A program made the translations under genes and the position numbers. A stretch of 55,113 nt of DNA, the filler included, from Catajapyx aquilonaris (Eukaryota): NCBI GenBank assembly GCA_000934665.2. It is 2 parts of 2 records of this genome, joined end to end, with 100 filler letters (N's around TTAATTAATTAA, not from the genome) between each part and the next. Parts side by side here need not be neighbours in the genome. Positions count along the whole stretch, not along the records: positions 1 to 27,510 come from KZ539275.1; 1 more part is not named here. One strand, written 5' to 3'. The notes under the pieces were generated by a model. It searched no databases. It was not told where the DNA came from and worked only from the letters and a program-made list of their open reading frames with translations. Every line of letters starts with the position of its first letter. Position 1 is the first letter of the stretch. Positions 11,741-24,295 of this stretch are shown here, piece after piece.

Positions 11741-13313
11741 GACCAATCTGTATATGCATCAGTAGGCTACATTACCAGCTGTCATTGATAATGTCAACCG
11801 TGCATGCAGCATGGTGCGCACTCGTAAAAAATCATTTATAGTGCAGAATAACGGACAATACTGTAACCGCGAGACTGTAACCGATATCACCATCATCACT
11901 AGATGGGACGCTTCTGTAAAGTTTCATTTGTATCTGGCATAATTATATATATATATTTCCGTCATAATTATGTTCTCCAACATTTGGCAATCGACATAAT
12001 TTGAGTAAAAACGCCATCGTTTGCTAAACCCCTTCCCACCTTCTCATCTTTGGTCATCATGCAGCAACCCCTCCCTCCTGGAGAATGACGTGTAATATGC
12101 GTGTGGACGACACTTTGGTTACTATAACGTTCCGCGCAATCAACAATGAACCCAAGTATCATGACATGGCCGTTACCCCCAGTATAATAAGCCAAAACAG
12201 GATCCAGCTACCTTTACTAGCCAGCAGGAGCATCCTTCCAACAGTCGAACAAGCGACGTCACAAACAGCAGCAGTCAGCAGGCACCGACTCTCTTGTCCG
12301 GTAGATACTTCTCACCGTCCCACCTGGAGGTTCCTGGAGTAGCTAGCAAGTGACCTACCGCGCCTTACAACAACACAACTGACGTGAAGCACCGACAATG
12401 AGCAGTCAAGCTTAGCACCGACACTTCGCCGTTCACCCCTACTCCAGGTCTGCTAAGCACTGGCCAAGCACATGGCAAATTGGCAAGGAAGGGACAACGT
12501 TGCCAGATGAATGCTGAACCGTTATTTCAAAATGTATTCGTTTATTTCACTTTGGTCTTAACAGTTGCCTTAAAAACAATGTACATTAAGCTATTCAAGT
12601 CCTTTTAAAATTGCAGGTCGTCCTGGTTGAGATACATACTGGACATGTACTGGACACATGATTCCACAGGTAGCTAGCAGGGGTGCCAATATTACTTTCA
12701 AATCAAAGAGGGCTTTCAAGAATTCAGTTCACCAGGGGATCATGAACTGAACTGCAGTCTGCACTAGTATTGCAAAGCTCCACCAAGCGACAAGTACGGT
12801 AATGTATGCAAGCAAAGGCTTTGAGATTGCAATAATGGATCGATCATGTTTTATAATAAATTATTAAACTTACATTCTCACATAGGCAAAAATATCCAGT
12901 AAGTAGGCCCTACCAAGTCCTACTAGTGAAATTCTGCTGGCTTAATTATGAAACATGGGACAGACCATACAGTCCTAGGCAAACCACAGTGCAAGTGAGA
13001 TGCAGAGGGATAATGCTGTTAATCCAGTATGTAGTGGTACAATCAGTACAGTACATGCGGAACCACAAAACGCCCGGGTCCACGGGCAGGTTGAGAAGGA
13101 GGGGATGTGCAATGGAATGTCGGTATCCCCAACAAGAGGGATAAGACTGCCTTGATGGCAGGGACACCAACTGCATAACGTTATTCCAAATGCTTTGGGG
13201 TGCTTTTCTTATGGGAGTGTGTCCACGTTAATATTGTGGACATCCGGTGGCTGTACTGTACATGCACTGCATCTTATTAGAATCAACAATATCTAGCACC
13301 ATTATGAGAAGAG

Positions 13314-13683
13314 TATATTATATTATATTATGTTATACTGTATATTTATTTTACCCTGTGATAGGCTTACATAGGCCTTTTTTGGGGGTGGTACACCACC
13401 ATCAATTTTCTTGTACTTTTCCTTCAATCTACAGTGCAAGAAAACAGGTCAATGGGAGAGGATAAGGATTTTTGGAGAGGGGACACGGGTGCAAGTGCAA
13501 TGTCTCAAGGTTGGGCCATGTGCAATCCCCCAGGAGGTTAGGTTGCCAGACACCTCCAAAGGTGCAGGTCAGAGACCCTCCCGACACAGGTGAAAGGGAA
13601 CTCCCAGGCAGGGATCGAACCTGGGACCTTTCACTCAGCAAGCCGAGACGTCTCGTGACCTTCTCGGCCACCACACCTTCCCC
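13314..13683 (-). mobile_element. tRNA-derived SINE
   Basis: A box TGGCCGAGAAGG and B box GGTTCGATCC; AT-rich tail; 15-bp TSD CCATTATGAGAAGAG (13299-13313 and 13684-13698); 3' part shared with 50660-50830. Confidence 0.85.
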
Positions 13684-13921
13684 CCATTATGAGAAGAGAA
13701 TGAGCGGAGAAATGAAATGATGGAACTAAAGCTATAGCTGCAAAAACTACTTTTGTACACTTTAATTAATTGCTCATAGTATGTCTACACTCAGATTACT
13801 CTTTGGTGTTTTTCACTTGAATATGTTTTCATCGATTTTTGGCAAGTTTCCTTTTTGGCATTTTCCAACCTTTTTCTCACAATAGTATACAGGCCTTGTT
13901 ATTTTAATATACTGTATGGGT

Positions 13922-14209
13922 CAGTGACGTAGCCAGGATTCCAGTTCGGGGAGGCGCGCTGCAGGCGAAAATTTTTTGGGTTCAAGGTCACACTTTTTCC
14001 AAAAAAATTCATGAAATAGTCATTTGAAAACATGATTTAAAAAATAAAATCCACAAGAGTTCAGGGGGGGGGGGGGGCCNNNNNNNNNNNNNNNNNNNNN
14101 NNNNNNNNNNNNNNNNNNNNNNNNNNNNNNNNNNNNNNNNNNNNNNNNNNNNNNNNNNNNNNNNNNNNNNNNNNNNNNNNNNNNNNNNNNNNNNCCGGCT
14201 ATGTCACTG
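13922..14209. mobile_element. hAT-type MITE spanning an N gap
   Basis: TIR CAGTGACGTAGCC...GGCTATGTCACTG; 8-bp TSD GTATGGGT. Confidence 0.8.
14080..14194. other. Assembly gap (N run)
   Basis: 115 Ns following a poly-G tract. Confidence 0.95.
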
Positions 14210-14213
14210 GTAT

Positions 14214-14935
14214 GGGTTGTCCAAATGAAAAGATGACGAGAGTTGTAGCACACACCCCTGGCATTATATTTAAAAGCCTAGTGTGCCAATTTGTTGCTGG
14301 TTCCATATGCAACTTCACCTGTGAGTTTCATGTGTATGACATCAGGCATTATTGAACAGGAATTTTTAAATAGCTAGCAGGGTGAGTCATATGTCCGTCC
14401 AATGTGCAACCAAACATCCACCATCGTAAGAAGTGAGCACTGTTGGGACGAACAAGTAGTGACCAGGCACGACCTTCAGGGCAACCTCTAACACCTCTCT
14501 GGAATTGGTCAAGACCAACACCTTGACCTCCAGAGTGAAGGTGAGAGCCTTTTGCAAGAAGCATGCATGGTTTTCAAATGTGACCACAGCACAGACATGG
14601 AAGAATTAGCTGTAAAATATAGCAAAACACACAGCATCATAACAATTTATATCTATTCGTTCGTCCCAACAGTGGTCACTTCTTAAGATTCGAGAGACTT
14701 GGTGGACCTCTGGTCACGCAACCGTGAGGGCGTAAACAGGCGCAGTGGACAGACACATGACTCACCCTGCTAGCTATCAAAAATTCCTGCTGAAGAACAC
14801 GTGATGTCATACATCATATGAAACTCACATGTGAGGTCGAGTATGGAACCAGTAACAAATAGGCACACTCAGCTTTTTAATGCCATGGTGGGGGTGTGTG
14901 TTACAACACTCGTCACCTTTTCATTTGGACAACCC
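14214..14935. mobile_element. Foldback MITE with GGG...CCC ends
   Basis: GGGTTGTCCAAATGAAAAG...CTTTTCATTTGGACAACCC; diverged inverted arms of about 250 bp. Confidence 0.8.
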
Positions 14936-16197
14936 ATATAAGTCAAGTTACTGTAGCTGATGCTGAAATTGATTATAATATTGGTTAACTAAATGCAAAA
15001 ACTAATAAGTGAATACACATGGGAGTTTTTCATTCACATCAAATGATAACGGGCACACAATAATAATGTCTCCTTTAGCACAATGCTCTGTTTATTACAT
15101 TGTACATGAACATACATGACAAAGCTTATGGCTCTTTCGGCATAAATCCATACTCTCTTCAAACTTCACATATGCGCAACACAGTGGCATGCTGGTACCT
15201 CACTTCATATATTATTTATATATATATTTATGTATAATTTATTATGGTCATATTTTTTTATTGTACAGCACACAAATGAAGAACTGATGGAAGTTGTGAC
15301 AGAATAAACATCACAGGTTTGGAAACAACAGAGAGACAGTGACGTATGTGGGTCGCATGTTTTTGTTTCCTTCAGGAAACACGTCCCATACATTCATAGA
15401 GCAAAGATATGTGGATGGAAACATATTGACTTTACAACAAATCCTATGGCACAGAGGATAGACCTGGAGATGGGAAATATTCCACAAAGAAGAGAAAAAT
15501 ATTGTATTCTAGAGGAAAGAAAAATTTGCACGGAAAAACTGCGAAAAAGTTGGCACAGGTGAGCATCTATTTAATTTAAAAAGAAAAAAAGTAAGCATGG
15601 AAGTATTTACATAAATAAATCTATATTGTTCACAGCACAAATGCAAATTTTTGCTTGTTTGCAAAAAACAGGCTCAATGTCATCTACTTTGCATTCTCAC
15701 TATCATTCTTTCTCTTGCTCTCTCATACACACAATTTCACACACCTGTGTGCACACTCACATGTACATTGCAGGCAATTCCATAGTCACCTTTGGTATAC
15801 GCAATGATTTTATCACAATCCACCAATGGCTCAAACTTCTCTTAGCTCTCCATTACGTATTTCAAGCTAGGTTTGTGGAAGAACGTCTAAGTTTTGTGTC
15901 AAACTTTCTGCACTTTTTCCTCCCTCAGCAAAAATGTGTTATAAAAAACTGTGAAAAACAGCTACGAAGATGATGTGACTGTATTTCCTCCTCCTTGGTA
16001 TCAGTGGAAAATACTTGGGGAGATTAAAAAGCTAGCGACTGTAGATAACCATCAATCACTCATTTGCAACTCCCAAGGAAGCCATTGACAGTTTGCAAAA
16101 AAAGAAGAAAACAAATCATGAGTATGGAAGATCCATTATGCGCTCACATGATTCTGAAGGCCTTAAATGCCTAACCAGTGTATTCTTCGGTTATATA

Positions 16198-16372
16198 CAG
16201 GGAGTTTCACAATGATTTTTCACTTCCAGCTGCAGCTATATACAATATTTAAAAAAAACTTCATACAGCCTTGGGAATTGAGATTACCCTTCTCAATAAA
16301 TTTCCATTAATTTAGATACTTAATTATGGATGATATGCATATATGACAGGCTGTGAATTAGGAAACACCCTG
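16198..16372. mobile_element. Short Tc1/mariner-type MITE
   Basis: TA-CAGGGAGTTTC...GAAACACCCTG-TA. Confidence 0.55.
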
Positions 16373-16541
16373 TACATATATTATGCCATTTAATTATGCA
16401 TGATGCAAATAAATTATAGAATTATGCAATTAAACTGTAAGCAGGCAGTTTCCAACTTACACAAGTGGATTGTTCCGCAACATTATGCATATGTCAATAT
16501 TTACAGCTTTCTTATTACAGTATATTGTACTGTATCTTATA

Positions 16542-17143
16542 CAGGGTGTTGCAGAGTCACGGGTCAAGCATGCGTGAGGGGGTGGGGAAAAATCGTAGGT
16601 GGCGACTACCCGGGTCGGTTTTATAAAACAATTAGAAATACGGCAGCAATCAATTTATTTATTACGGCCGAACGGCGTGACGTCACATCCTTTCTGTATT
16701 CGAAATGACCCCTGCGGAGTGGCAAATGCAAGGCAAATGCATTCGGTGGAACCTGCATGAACGGCTTTTTTGCCTTGAGGGTTGCACTGAAAAAGGCGCT
16801 CTCATGCTACACTGGCAGGGTACTGTGCAATGTAGTGTACTACTGTACAGTGGTGTGTTCAGTCCCCTGCCGGTGTAGCATGGGAGCGCCTTTTTCAGTG
16901 CAACCCGCAAGGCTAAAAAGCCGTTCATGCAGGTTCCACCGAATGCATTTGCCTTGCATTTGCCACTCCGCAGGGGTCATTTCGAATGCAGAAAGGATGT
17001 GACGTCACGCCGTTCGGCCGTAATAAATAAATAGATTGCTGCCGTATTTCTAATTGTTTTATAAAACCGAACCGGGTAGTCGCCACCTACGATTTTTCCC
17101 AACCCCCTCGCGCGTGCTTGACCAGTGACTCTGAAACACCCTG
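16542..17143. mobile_element. Near-perfect palindromic Tc1/mariner-type MITE
   Basis: TA-CAGGGTGTT...AACACCCTG-TA; arms of about 280 bp nearly identical, loop about 40 bp; produces the mirror ORFs 16683-16928 and 16757-17002. Confidence 0.9.
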
Positions 17144-17847
17144 TATATTGATACTGGAGTCACTGCCATATGCAATTGAGGCAATTGCAAGCAGGAAAGT
17201 ATTCCTGGCGAGACCCAGAAGAGGGGCACAAACATCTCTCACGGGTAAACTGAGTACGGGAATGAGTCTCAGCAAGCAAGTTCAAGTTGCAATTGAATGC
17301 ATTTTCTCGCAACTGGCGGTATTTTAGGTTACCAGTTTGTTCCAAATCCATAAATTTTTGTGCATTCGAAAAATTGTTGTGTAAGTAGAGACCACGTAAA
17401 TTGGGGACTGCCTGTATTATGCCATTAAATTTGTGCAAAAAAAGAGCTACTTTTTGGGGAACTGGGCTTAACTTGATCTCAGGGATTGGGGATTACGCAC
17501 GTCACACATAAACGACATTCTAAAACGTTACACGATTTACACAACATGCTCTGCTGACCTTTCCACATTTCAAAATTGTGACTGATAATACTGAAGATAA
17601 ATTTACCATACACACATAGAAAAAATAAGCCTCTCACACCCTGGGAAAAATTCTTATTATAACTAATGAGCACCCTCTTTTCTCTTACCACCTCAAAAAA
17701 AAAAAATAATTATGCATTTGTTTGCTATTCCAGTCTCCAGGACAAAAAGGAGAGAAAACGAACACAAAAAATGACTCAGCAGATCCTTTTCTCTATCTTG
17801 TGCTGCATTTTCTAGCGTTCCCACCTTCACAAAGAAGCGAGCGCTTA

Positions 17848-17966
17848 CTAAAGTGTGCTGTCTGCATAGGTGAAGAGAGCCACTGGGAAGTGCTTGATGT
17901 GTGTTTGCCACTGGGATGACAACTGGAAAAACTTCACTCCGCTCCATTCAACACCATCAATGCTCA
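17848..17966 (-). CDS. PACS2: PACS terminal coding exon
   Basis: tttcag|TG AGC ATT GAT GGT GTT GAA TGG...ACA CTT TAG. Confidence 0.92.
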
Positions 17967-20900
17967 CTGAAACATATGAAACATATAAATGCTATATAAA
18001 TGCTATGATATATTTGTGTCGGATTTGAGACAAAATGCAGGCCTCTGTACCTGGAACTCGATAGATAAAAAACAGAGTCCCCAAAGGTTTTCCACAAGCA
18101 TGGAAAATCGCAGTGAAAGATTTAAAAAATCATGCGAACTTTGGTTAGTTACCGCAAAAATCCCCATTATACATCTGAAAGCTTCAACTATCTACTTTTT
18201 TCCAAATAGTTTCTAGACAAATTGACACATTTGTCATAGTTACTCAAAATTTTGTATGTCATAGATGTCTTCCGCCAGCCATTTCCGCAACCCCTGAACT
18301 GTAGACTGCAACTACTCGTCATCATCAAACCTCTGCCTTGCAAGCCATTTCTTCATGTTTATGGACAGGTGGTAATCTCTAGACCAGGGGTTCCCAACCT
18401 GGGAGTCGTGGCCTCCCAAGGGGGCCGTGAGAGGCATTGTACCATATTTGGTAAATATATTTCTTGTATTGTTTGGCTGCTTCACTAAATATTTATGTAT
18501 GTTACTTTTGCAAGGGGGCCATGGAGAAATTTTAGGTGATTTGGGGGGTCGCGGGTGCAAAAAGGTTGGGAACCCCTGCTCTAGACTCTAAATCCCTGCT
18601 CTAAGGAGGATGATCAAACAATATAATATTCTCACTTGAATTGTTGCAGCAGTCGAGGCAATGTGAGTTCTGGGGTGTTTTTCTTCCGTGACAATGCCAA
18701 CCCACCTATTGCCTTGCGTACTGGAACCCTGCGGCAACAATTCAATTGAAAATTGTTCGATCATCCTTCTTAGAGCAGGGATTTAAGAGCCTACAGATTA
18801 CCACCTGCCCATGAACATGAGAAATGGCTTACAAAGCAGAGGTTTCATGATGACGAGGAGTTGCAGTCTAGCGTTCCGGGGTTGGGGAAATGGCTGGCGG
18901 CAAACCTATATGACATAGGCATACGAAGTCTTGTGTAACTATGACAAATGCATTAATTTGAATAGAACTATTTTGAAAAAAAGTAGATATTTGAAGCCTG
19001 CAGATGTATGAGGCCGAATCAGAAAGTAATTCACAGCTTTTTCAATTCCGAAGATTCACTACCGAAGCCAAAACGACATATACATATGAAAGGGAAAGCC
19101 TTTTTCTAACTTTAGACAGAGTAACCATACACACTGGTGCATCTATCCCACCGGGACACTAGTTTTTCCATGCCACTGCAGAAAAAAGCATCGAGCTGGT
19201 GGGGAAGCCAGTGGAGGATGGCCTCTTTCACTTTCTCACTGTTGCTGAGGTCTTGAGAAGCCACTGTTTCTTTTTTGGTCCAAAGATATGGTAGACCATG
19301 GTTAAGACCATCATTTCGTACCATTAAAGAGGCACCTGGCCAGTCAGCACTTCAGCAACAATGAGGAAGTGAAAATCACTGGCTTCCCAGGCAGCCTGAC
19401 GCTTTGGATGCCTCTCGTAATAGATTCTGTTATTTATCAACTTATGGTTCATTTAGCAACACCTAAATACAGTAAAAATATTGCATTTCAGGGTCAGTCT
19501 CAAGGTCAAGAGAGTGGATGGTGCACTTGTCCTGCAGTGGACCTCCAACCCTTGGCTAAAAACCACTCCTTAGTTCCTCAACTGATTTGGCACTGCCCTC
19601 ACAAAATCAAATACCCCTTTTTAGGTGTGCATCTATTCCTTATGGAGGTATTTACAGGATTAGCTTGAGAAACACTGTAGGGGCACTAAGTCACAAATAA
19701 AACCGCATTCTAATGAAGGCTGTTTTCTCCCCATTCATTGTACTTTCTTTCACCCCTAAGAAAATGACTTCATAAGCCTTAGTTTAACCTCCATTTCTTG
19801 TATCAGGGTAGAAAAACATCCATCATTTTGAAAACCAAACCTGCCTTGAACTAGACACAGTTGTGAAATTGCATCCTTTCCATCACATTCTTGAGAACAT
19901 ATCTTAAGGTGACATGCATGTATGTCCTTCCTTCTGACAGGTCCCTTTGGAAACAAACCTCTCCTCATGCATAAAATAATACAGTTAGAACCCGTTTTAC
20001 GCTGTTTCATTTTACGCCATCTCACATTAACACCGGTTTGAAAATTATGTTTTTAAACATTTTAATAGAAAAATTTCATTTTTTTTTTGCAGATAACAAC
20101 ACAATACTATAAGCATAAACGCATCACAGGGGACAGTGTGGTCAAGTGGCTATGCTACTGGCCACTGACCCGCCAAGTGGGAGGTCCGCGGTTCAAATCC
20201 CATCCCCGTCACATTCACTTGGTCAAGTCTTATTCTGCCTTTCACCAAACATGTCCAGGCAGACGTGCCCTCCCTTCTCTGCCCAGGGCCAGGAGAAAAG
20301 GTCTGGTATTTAAGAGGGTCTGAAATGACCAGAAACTATTTAAGAGCCCCCCCCCCCTCCCATGCCCGTGGACCAGGGCTCTGCATCGGAACAACCATGT
20401 AATGATTTTAAAGTGCTCACAGAAATAAAGGTCCATGTAATACCTCGTAAGAGGTCAGCACTACCCTATAAAAACATGCAAACTTCTGAGTCCAAACACA
20501 CAACAGTAGCCTAAAGACTCTCTTGTTTTCCATGGTGCCTTGTGGCAGGGCCTATCAAATAATACAGTATCGTATTGGTTCCTCGTATTGTTGGTCTCGG
20601 CCCCTGGAAGTACTCTAACCATTGTTAAATACCCTACATGTACTGCAGTTCTTGCCAAAGAAGGGAAAGGAGCCCTCAGGACCTGATGACCCTCAACTTG
20701 GAACCTCCCATTCAATGTGTGGAATAAGTGTTTCATATATTCAGCATTAAAAACAGCAATATTAGTACTGTCTGTCGTCTGTGGGAAAATTTTTGAAATT
20801 TTGGGACCTATCTCATTTACTTACATTAGCCTATAATTTCGTCTCGTTTTACACTGATTCACTTTATGCCGCTATGTTGCTGGAACCAATTAACAGTGTA

Positions 20901-21333
20901 AAATGGGTACTTACTGTACAATAATACTTATTTTAACAGTTGATTGTTACCTCTGAGAGGAGTTGCCTGGGTTTTGGCAAGGCAGATGAGCCGACTAACT
21001 CCCTCAACAACCTGGCTCTTGGGCTCATTCTCTTTCTCTTTCTCCTTCTTCTTGCCGAGTCGCATGATCTTTTGCTTCTTCTCCTTCACACAGTAGATCA
21101 CAGTGAAGTTTGGAGTTGGAGCATCCCCTTGCACTGCCAAGCGCTGCACTTGCAGAGAGCGGAAGGTACTTTTTAGGGATGACTTGGCAGCACTCTCTGC
21201 TTTCTTGTTGCCCCCACCACCTGCCCCACCACCTCCACCTCCACCTCCTCCACCTCCAGAATCTCCACCTCTGCCTGGGACAAGCCAGTAGTCAAGTTGG
21301 AGCTCTAAGGGTTCAGACGTCGTTGGTAGGTCC
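17848..21333 (-). CDS. PACS2: Phosphofurin acidic cluster sorting protein (PACS-1/PACS-2/KrT95D homolog), last two coding exons
   Basis: Exon 21333-20951 reads ...LELQLDYWL...[16 protein letters not shown]...[38 protein letters not shown]. Exon 17966-17848 reads [32 protein letters not shown]...*. Both match the recalled PACS C-terminus; the intron is GT-AG with a phase 1 join. Confidence 0.92.
18169..19009. mobile_element. Foldback built from the 3' end of a mariner transposase
   Basis: Inverted arms at about 18169-18640 and 18735-19009 encode a decayed mariner C-terminus (...DYHL..MKKWL..QRFDDDEEL...YDKC). Confidence 0.75.
18385..18578. mobile_element. hAT MITE
   Basis: TIR CAGGGGTTCCCAACCT; 8-bp TSD CTCTAGAC; inserted in the left arm of the mariner foldback. 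Confidence 0.9.
19009..19400 (-). mobile_element. Decayed mariner fragment
   Basis: ORF 19112-19324 ...VKEAILHWL...[16 protein letters not shown].. resembles a mariner C-terminus; TIR-like TGAGGCCGAATCAGAAAGTAA. Confidence 0.6.
19982..20916. mobile_element. pogo/Tigger-like MITE containing a SINE
   Basis: TA-CAGTTAGAACCCGTTTTACGCTG...CAGTGTAAAATGGGTACTTACTG-TA. Confidence 0.55.
20127..20405 (+). mobile_element. tRNA-derived SINE (family B)
   Basis: TGGTCAAGTGG A box and GGTTCAAATCC B box; homologous to 39315-39608 on the opposite strand. Confidence 0.75.
20951..21333 (-). CDS. PACS2: PACS penultimate exon (contains a poly-Gly tract)
   Basis: atttcag|G GAC CTA...CTC AGA G|gtaaca; includes most of ORF 20928-21149. 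Confidence 0.92.
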
Positions 21334-21808
21334 CTGAAATCAGAGCAGCCAAAATCTTCTTATTGAGGTAAAGGGCTTCACAAATAATTAGACTTGTCTT
21401 GCAAGTAACCTGTCTGGAGGGCTCCTTTCCCTCCTATAAACTGGCTTGCGCAGTGGCCAGGGAGTCAATTGTACTGCTTTTCGTAACATTCCTGCATCAC
21501 TCACACCATATAGGTTGGCTAAGGAAGGGTTGAAAAGGTTTTTAAATCTGATGGGACTGTAAGGAAAAGATGTACAAAGCATAAGGATGTGGGGAAAAAG
21601 GGTTGCATCCATGGTAGGTACAATAAATCAAGGTAGGTGTAAGATTCTCACTGTACTGTCATTTTAATCACCCATTTTACATCTTGACCACACATACTGC
21701 TGGTAAACTGCACATAATATTAAAGCACTTCTTAAGGTTGATTCATGAAGCAATTAGAAATGTTAACTAAGAATAAGAAGCAAAGGAGGAAACAGGTATA
21801 CCCTTCAA

Positions 21809-23217
21809 CCCCTTCACTACCAGCTATACTGCCATCGCCTAGATTTTCGTTTCTGTTAAACTTACCATGTACTCTGAAGATAAAAATAAGATATTTCACA
21901 AATAATAACAGCTATTCTTACATGTTCATGCTCTACGCTATGTATGCATTTGGAACTATTTTCATCGCCTAGAAGTCCCTCAATTAATTTCCAAAAGGAT
22001 AGCTGTAAATTTCATCGCCAAGATTTTGGCTTACACATACTCCGAAGATACGGACAAGATATTTCATAAGTAATAATGGATACACTTACACATTCATGGT
22101 CTACACTATGCATGTGTAGGAAATAATTTTCACTCGTCTAGGAGCCCCTAAATTAATTTTCAAAAATAATAACTTGAAATTCCAGTACTATTGGCCAAGT
22201 GTTAGGCCATTGCCTAGATTTTCCCTTACATGTACTCTAAAGATAAGGAGAAGATATTTTACATTATAATCACAGCTATACTTAGTGATTAAGTGGATGG
22301 CCTCCTGTCCTGCAGGTAGCGCTACCAGCAGGACGTGTGATCAAAGCATAAGAAAGTCCTGCCGGTAGGACGGGTGGCCCAAACTGTGATCATGGCCACT
22401 TATGTGACCCCTTGGGGTCAAAATAGGTGGCAGGGACGCTAACACGAGTTTTCGCCTTGAAAATGACAGTCGCCATTTTTCGCAATTCTTGTGCAAATTT
22501 TTTGCCAACCTAGTTTCTTGCAAACCCGGGGGAGTATGTGCTGTTGTTTCATGACGGAAATGTCCTGCTCAGAGGACTCATTCGCAGGTTACAATGCTTT
22601 AAAAGTAGCGTTTTTGCGTCCTACCAACCGGGAGGACGCGATGTCCTTCCGGTAGTCAGCCATCCACTTAATCATTAGACGTTCATGGAAAATCCTATGA
22701 ATGTGTTTGGAACCCTTTTCTTCCTCGAGAAGTTCCTAAATTAATTTGCAAAAAAGATCGCTGTATACAAACTCGAAATTTGAGAACTGCCGGCCAACTG
22801 TTAGGCTGATTTAATTATGAAATACATTAAAATATCATGAATATTAACCTTGAGATCCGTGCCACATGAAGTTGCTGAAATCGTCATATTTCCCGAGAAT
22901 TAAATTAATTTGAGAGTTTTACGAAGTAACAGGAAAGCCCCAGATAATTATTTATTTATTTCTCACAAAGTACGATGATTTCAGCAAATTCGTCTGCCAC
23001 TGTTCTCAAGGATGTTATATTTCGAGTTTTACAGCGATCTTTTCGGAAATTAATTTAGGGACTTGTAGACGAGGAAAATTGTTCCAAACACATTAATAGT
23101 ATTTTCCATGAATGTCTAAGTATAGCTGTTATTTTATGTAAAATATCTTGTCCGTATCTTCCGAGTATGCATAAGTATAAAACTAGGCGATGGCGCGTAT
23201 ATCTGGTAGTGAAGGGG
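21809..23217. mobile_element. piggyBac-like non-autonomous element with internal direct repeats of roughly 170-200 bp
   Basis: TCAA-CCCCTTCACTACCAG...CTGGTAGTGAAGGGG-TTAA; internal repeats at 21835-22280; related sequence at 26340-27085. Confidence 0.7.
22286..22674. mobile_element. MITE with 4-bp TSD nested in the piggyBac-like element
   Basis: TIR TGATTAAGTGGATGGC...GCCATCCACTTAATCA; TSD TTAG; the empty-site version is visible in the inverted repeat copy near 23100-23127. Confidence 0.8.
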
Positions 23218-23727
23218 TTAACTGGGACTTAGTCACTACCAATTATGCTGTGAAAAAAAATCATGAAATCAAGTCACTGATTTTAGTGTACTTCGTCACA
23301 AGGATTTAATGATACACTTTGGATGAGTGACTTGCTTTAAATTTAATAAAAAAGTTTATTAGAATATTTAGACTGATAACGCCCAATGTTAGGAAACTGA
23401 CAAATAACCAATGTCTGTTTCTGATTCATCAAAAGGTAGCCTAACTGATACACGTAAACTACAAGAACATGGACTGGAAGGTTTTAAAAACATCTAACAA
23501 AGTAAAATTATGACAGACTGAAGAAAAATGGAAAGAGCTGCCAATTTGCGCATGTTGAAAACTGAAGTGCTGGTTGCGTGAATGCAAATTACGGAGCAAT
23601 TTCCCCATTTTGTTGGATATTACATTGTGAATACCTACACCATAGTTGGATATTTGTCATTCCTGCTTTCAGGCAACCAGCCCTGAATAAGCTACTCACA
23701 AATTGAGAATTGGACTGTTTAAACGTA

Positions 23728-24295
23728 TTATTTATACGTTTTCGAGAAAAAAAAGTCTTATAGAACGCCTATCTGTCTGTCTGTGGACAACACACAGAGC
23801 TGGGCTATAAGACTTTTTAAAATATTTTTGGGTTCTGGGTTCACTCTATCCGCCCCTTACCCCTGGATGCCCCACCACCCCCTACCCCTGATCGCTCATT
23901 CTCCCCAGACCGTCCCTTTCCTCCTGACCTCCCAGTCCCCCCCACCGCCCCCTCCCCCAGATCACCCTTCCCCCTCTCCCTTCTACCCCATGATACCTGA
24001 TACCTGTCCACAGACATACAGGTGGACAGATGGACAGAGCTGTGCTATAATATAAGACTTTTTTCGATGGATGAAAAAAGGTCTAAAAGATGGGTTTGCT
24101 AGGGTAGATTTTTTAAAGGGGTAAGGGGCGGTCTGGGGATAGGAGGAGAGAGGGGGAAAAGGGTAAGTCTACTTTTGGCCGAAAATGAGTCATGGGTGGT
24201 TTCAGTTTCAGTCCCGTGACAGACGTTGGGGACAATAGCAGTAAACATGAAAAAGTCTACTCTAATCATGTTCACGTGATTGGCCAATCTTGTTC
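23728..24295 (+). mobile_element. Helentron-associated (HINE/DINE-1-like) element
   Basis: Subterminal IR AAGTCTTATAG/CTATAAGACTT, (CTGT)n microsatellite, 3' hairpin ATCATG-TT-CACGTGAT followed by CTTGTT. Confidence 0.4.

Noticed and set aside
12617..12669. Possible 53-nt + strand exon (ttgcag|...ACAG|gtagct)
   Set aside because: It is isolated, with no partner exons or recognisable product.
16683..17002. Two nearly identical 81-aa ORFs on opposite strands
   Set aside because: They are a by-product of the palindromic MITE and show no protein-like features.
21388..21612. ORF ending ...ERSPPDR with a phase-compatible donor just upstream of the PACS exon
   Set aside because: It has no recognisable PACS similarity and a weak donor (gttact); it cannot be supported without RNA data.
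21835..22280. Regularly spaced direct repeats considered as an array
   Set aside because: They are long, diverged internal repeats of a piggyBac-like element with no repeat-spacer organisation; not CRISPR.
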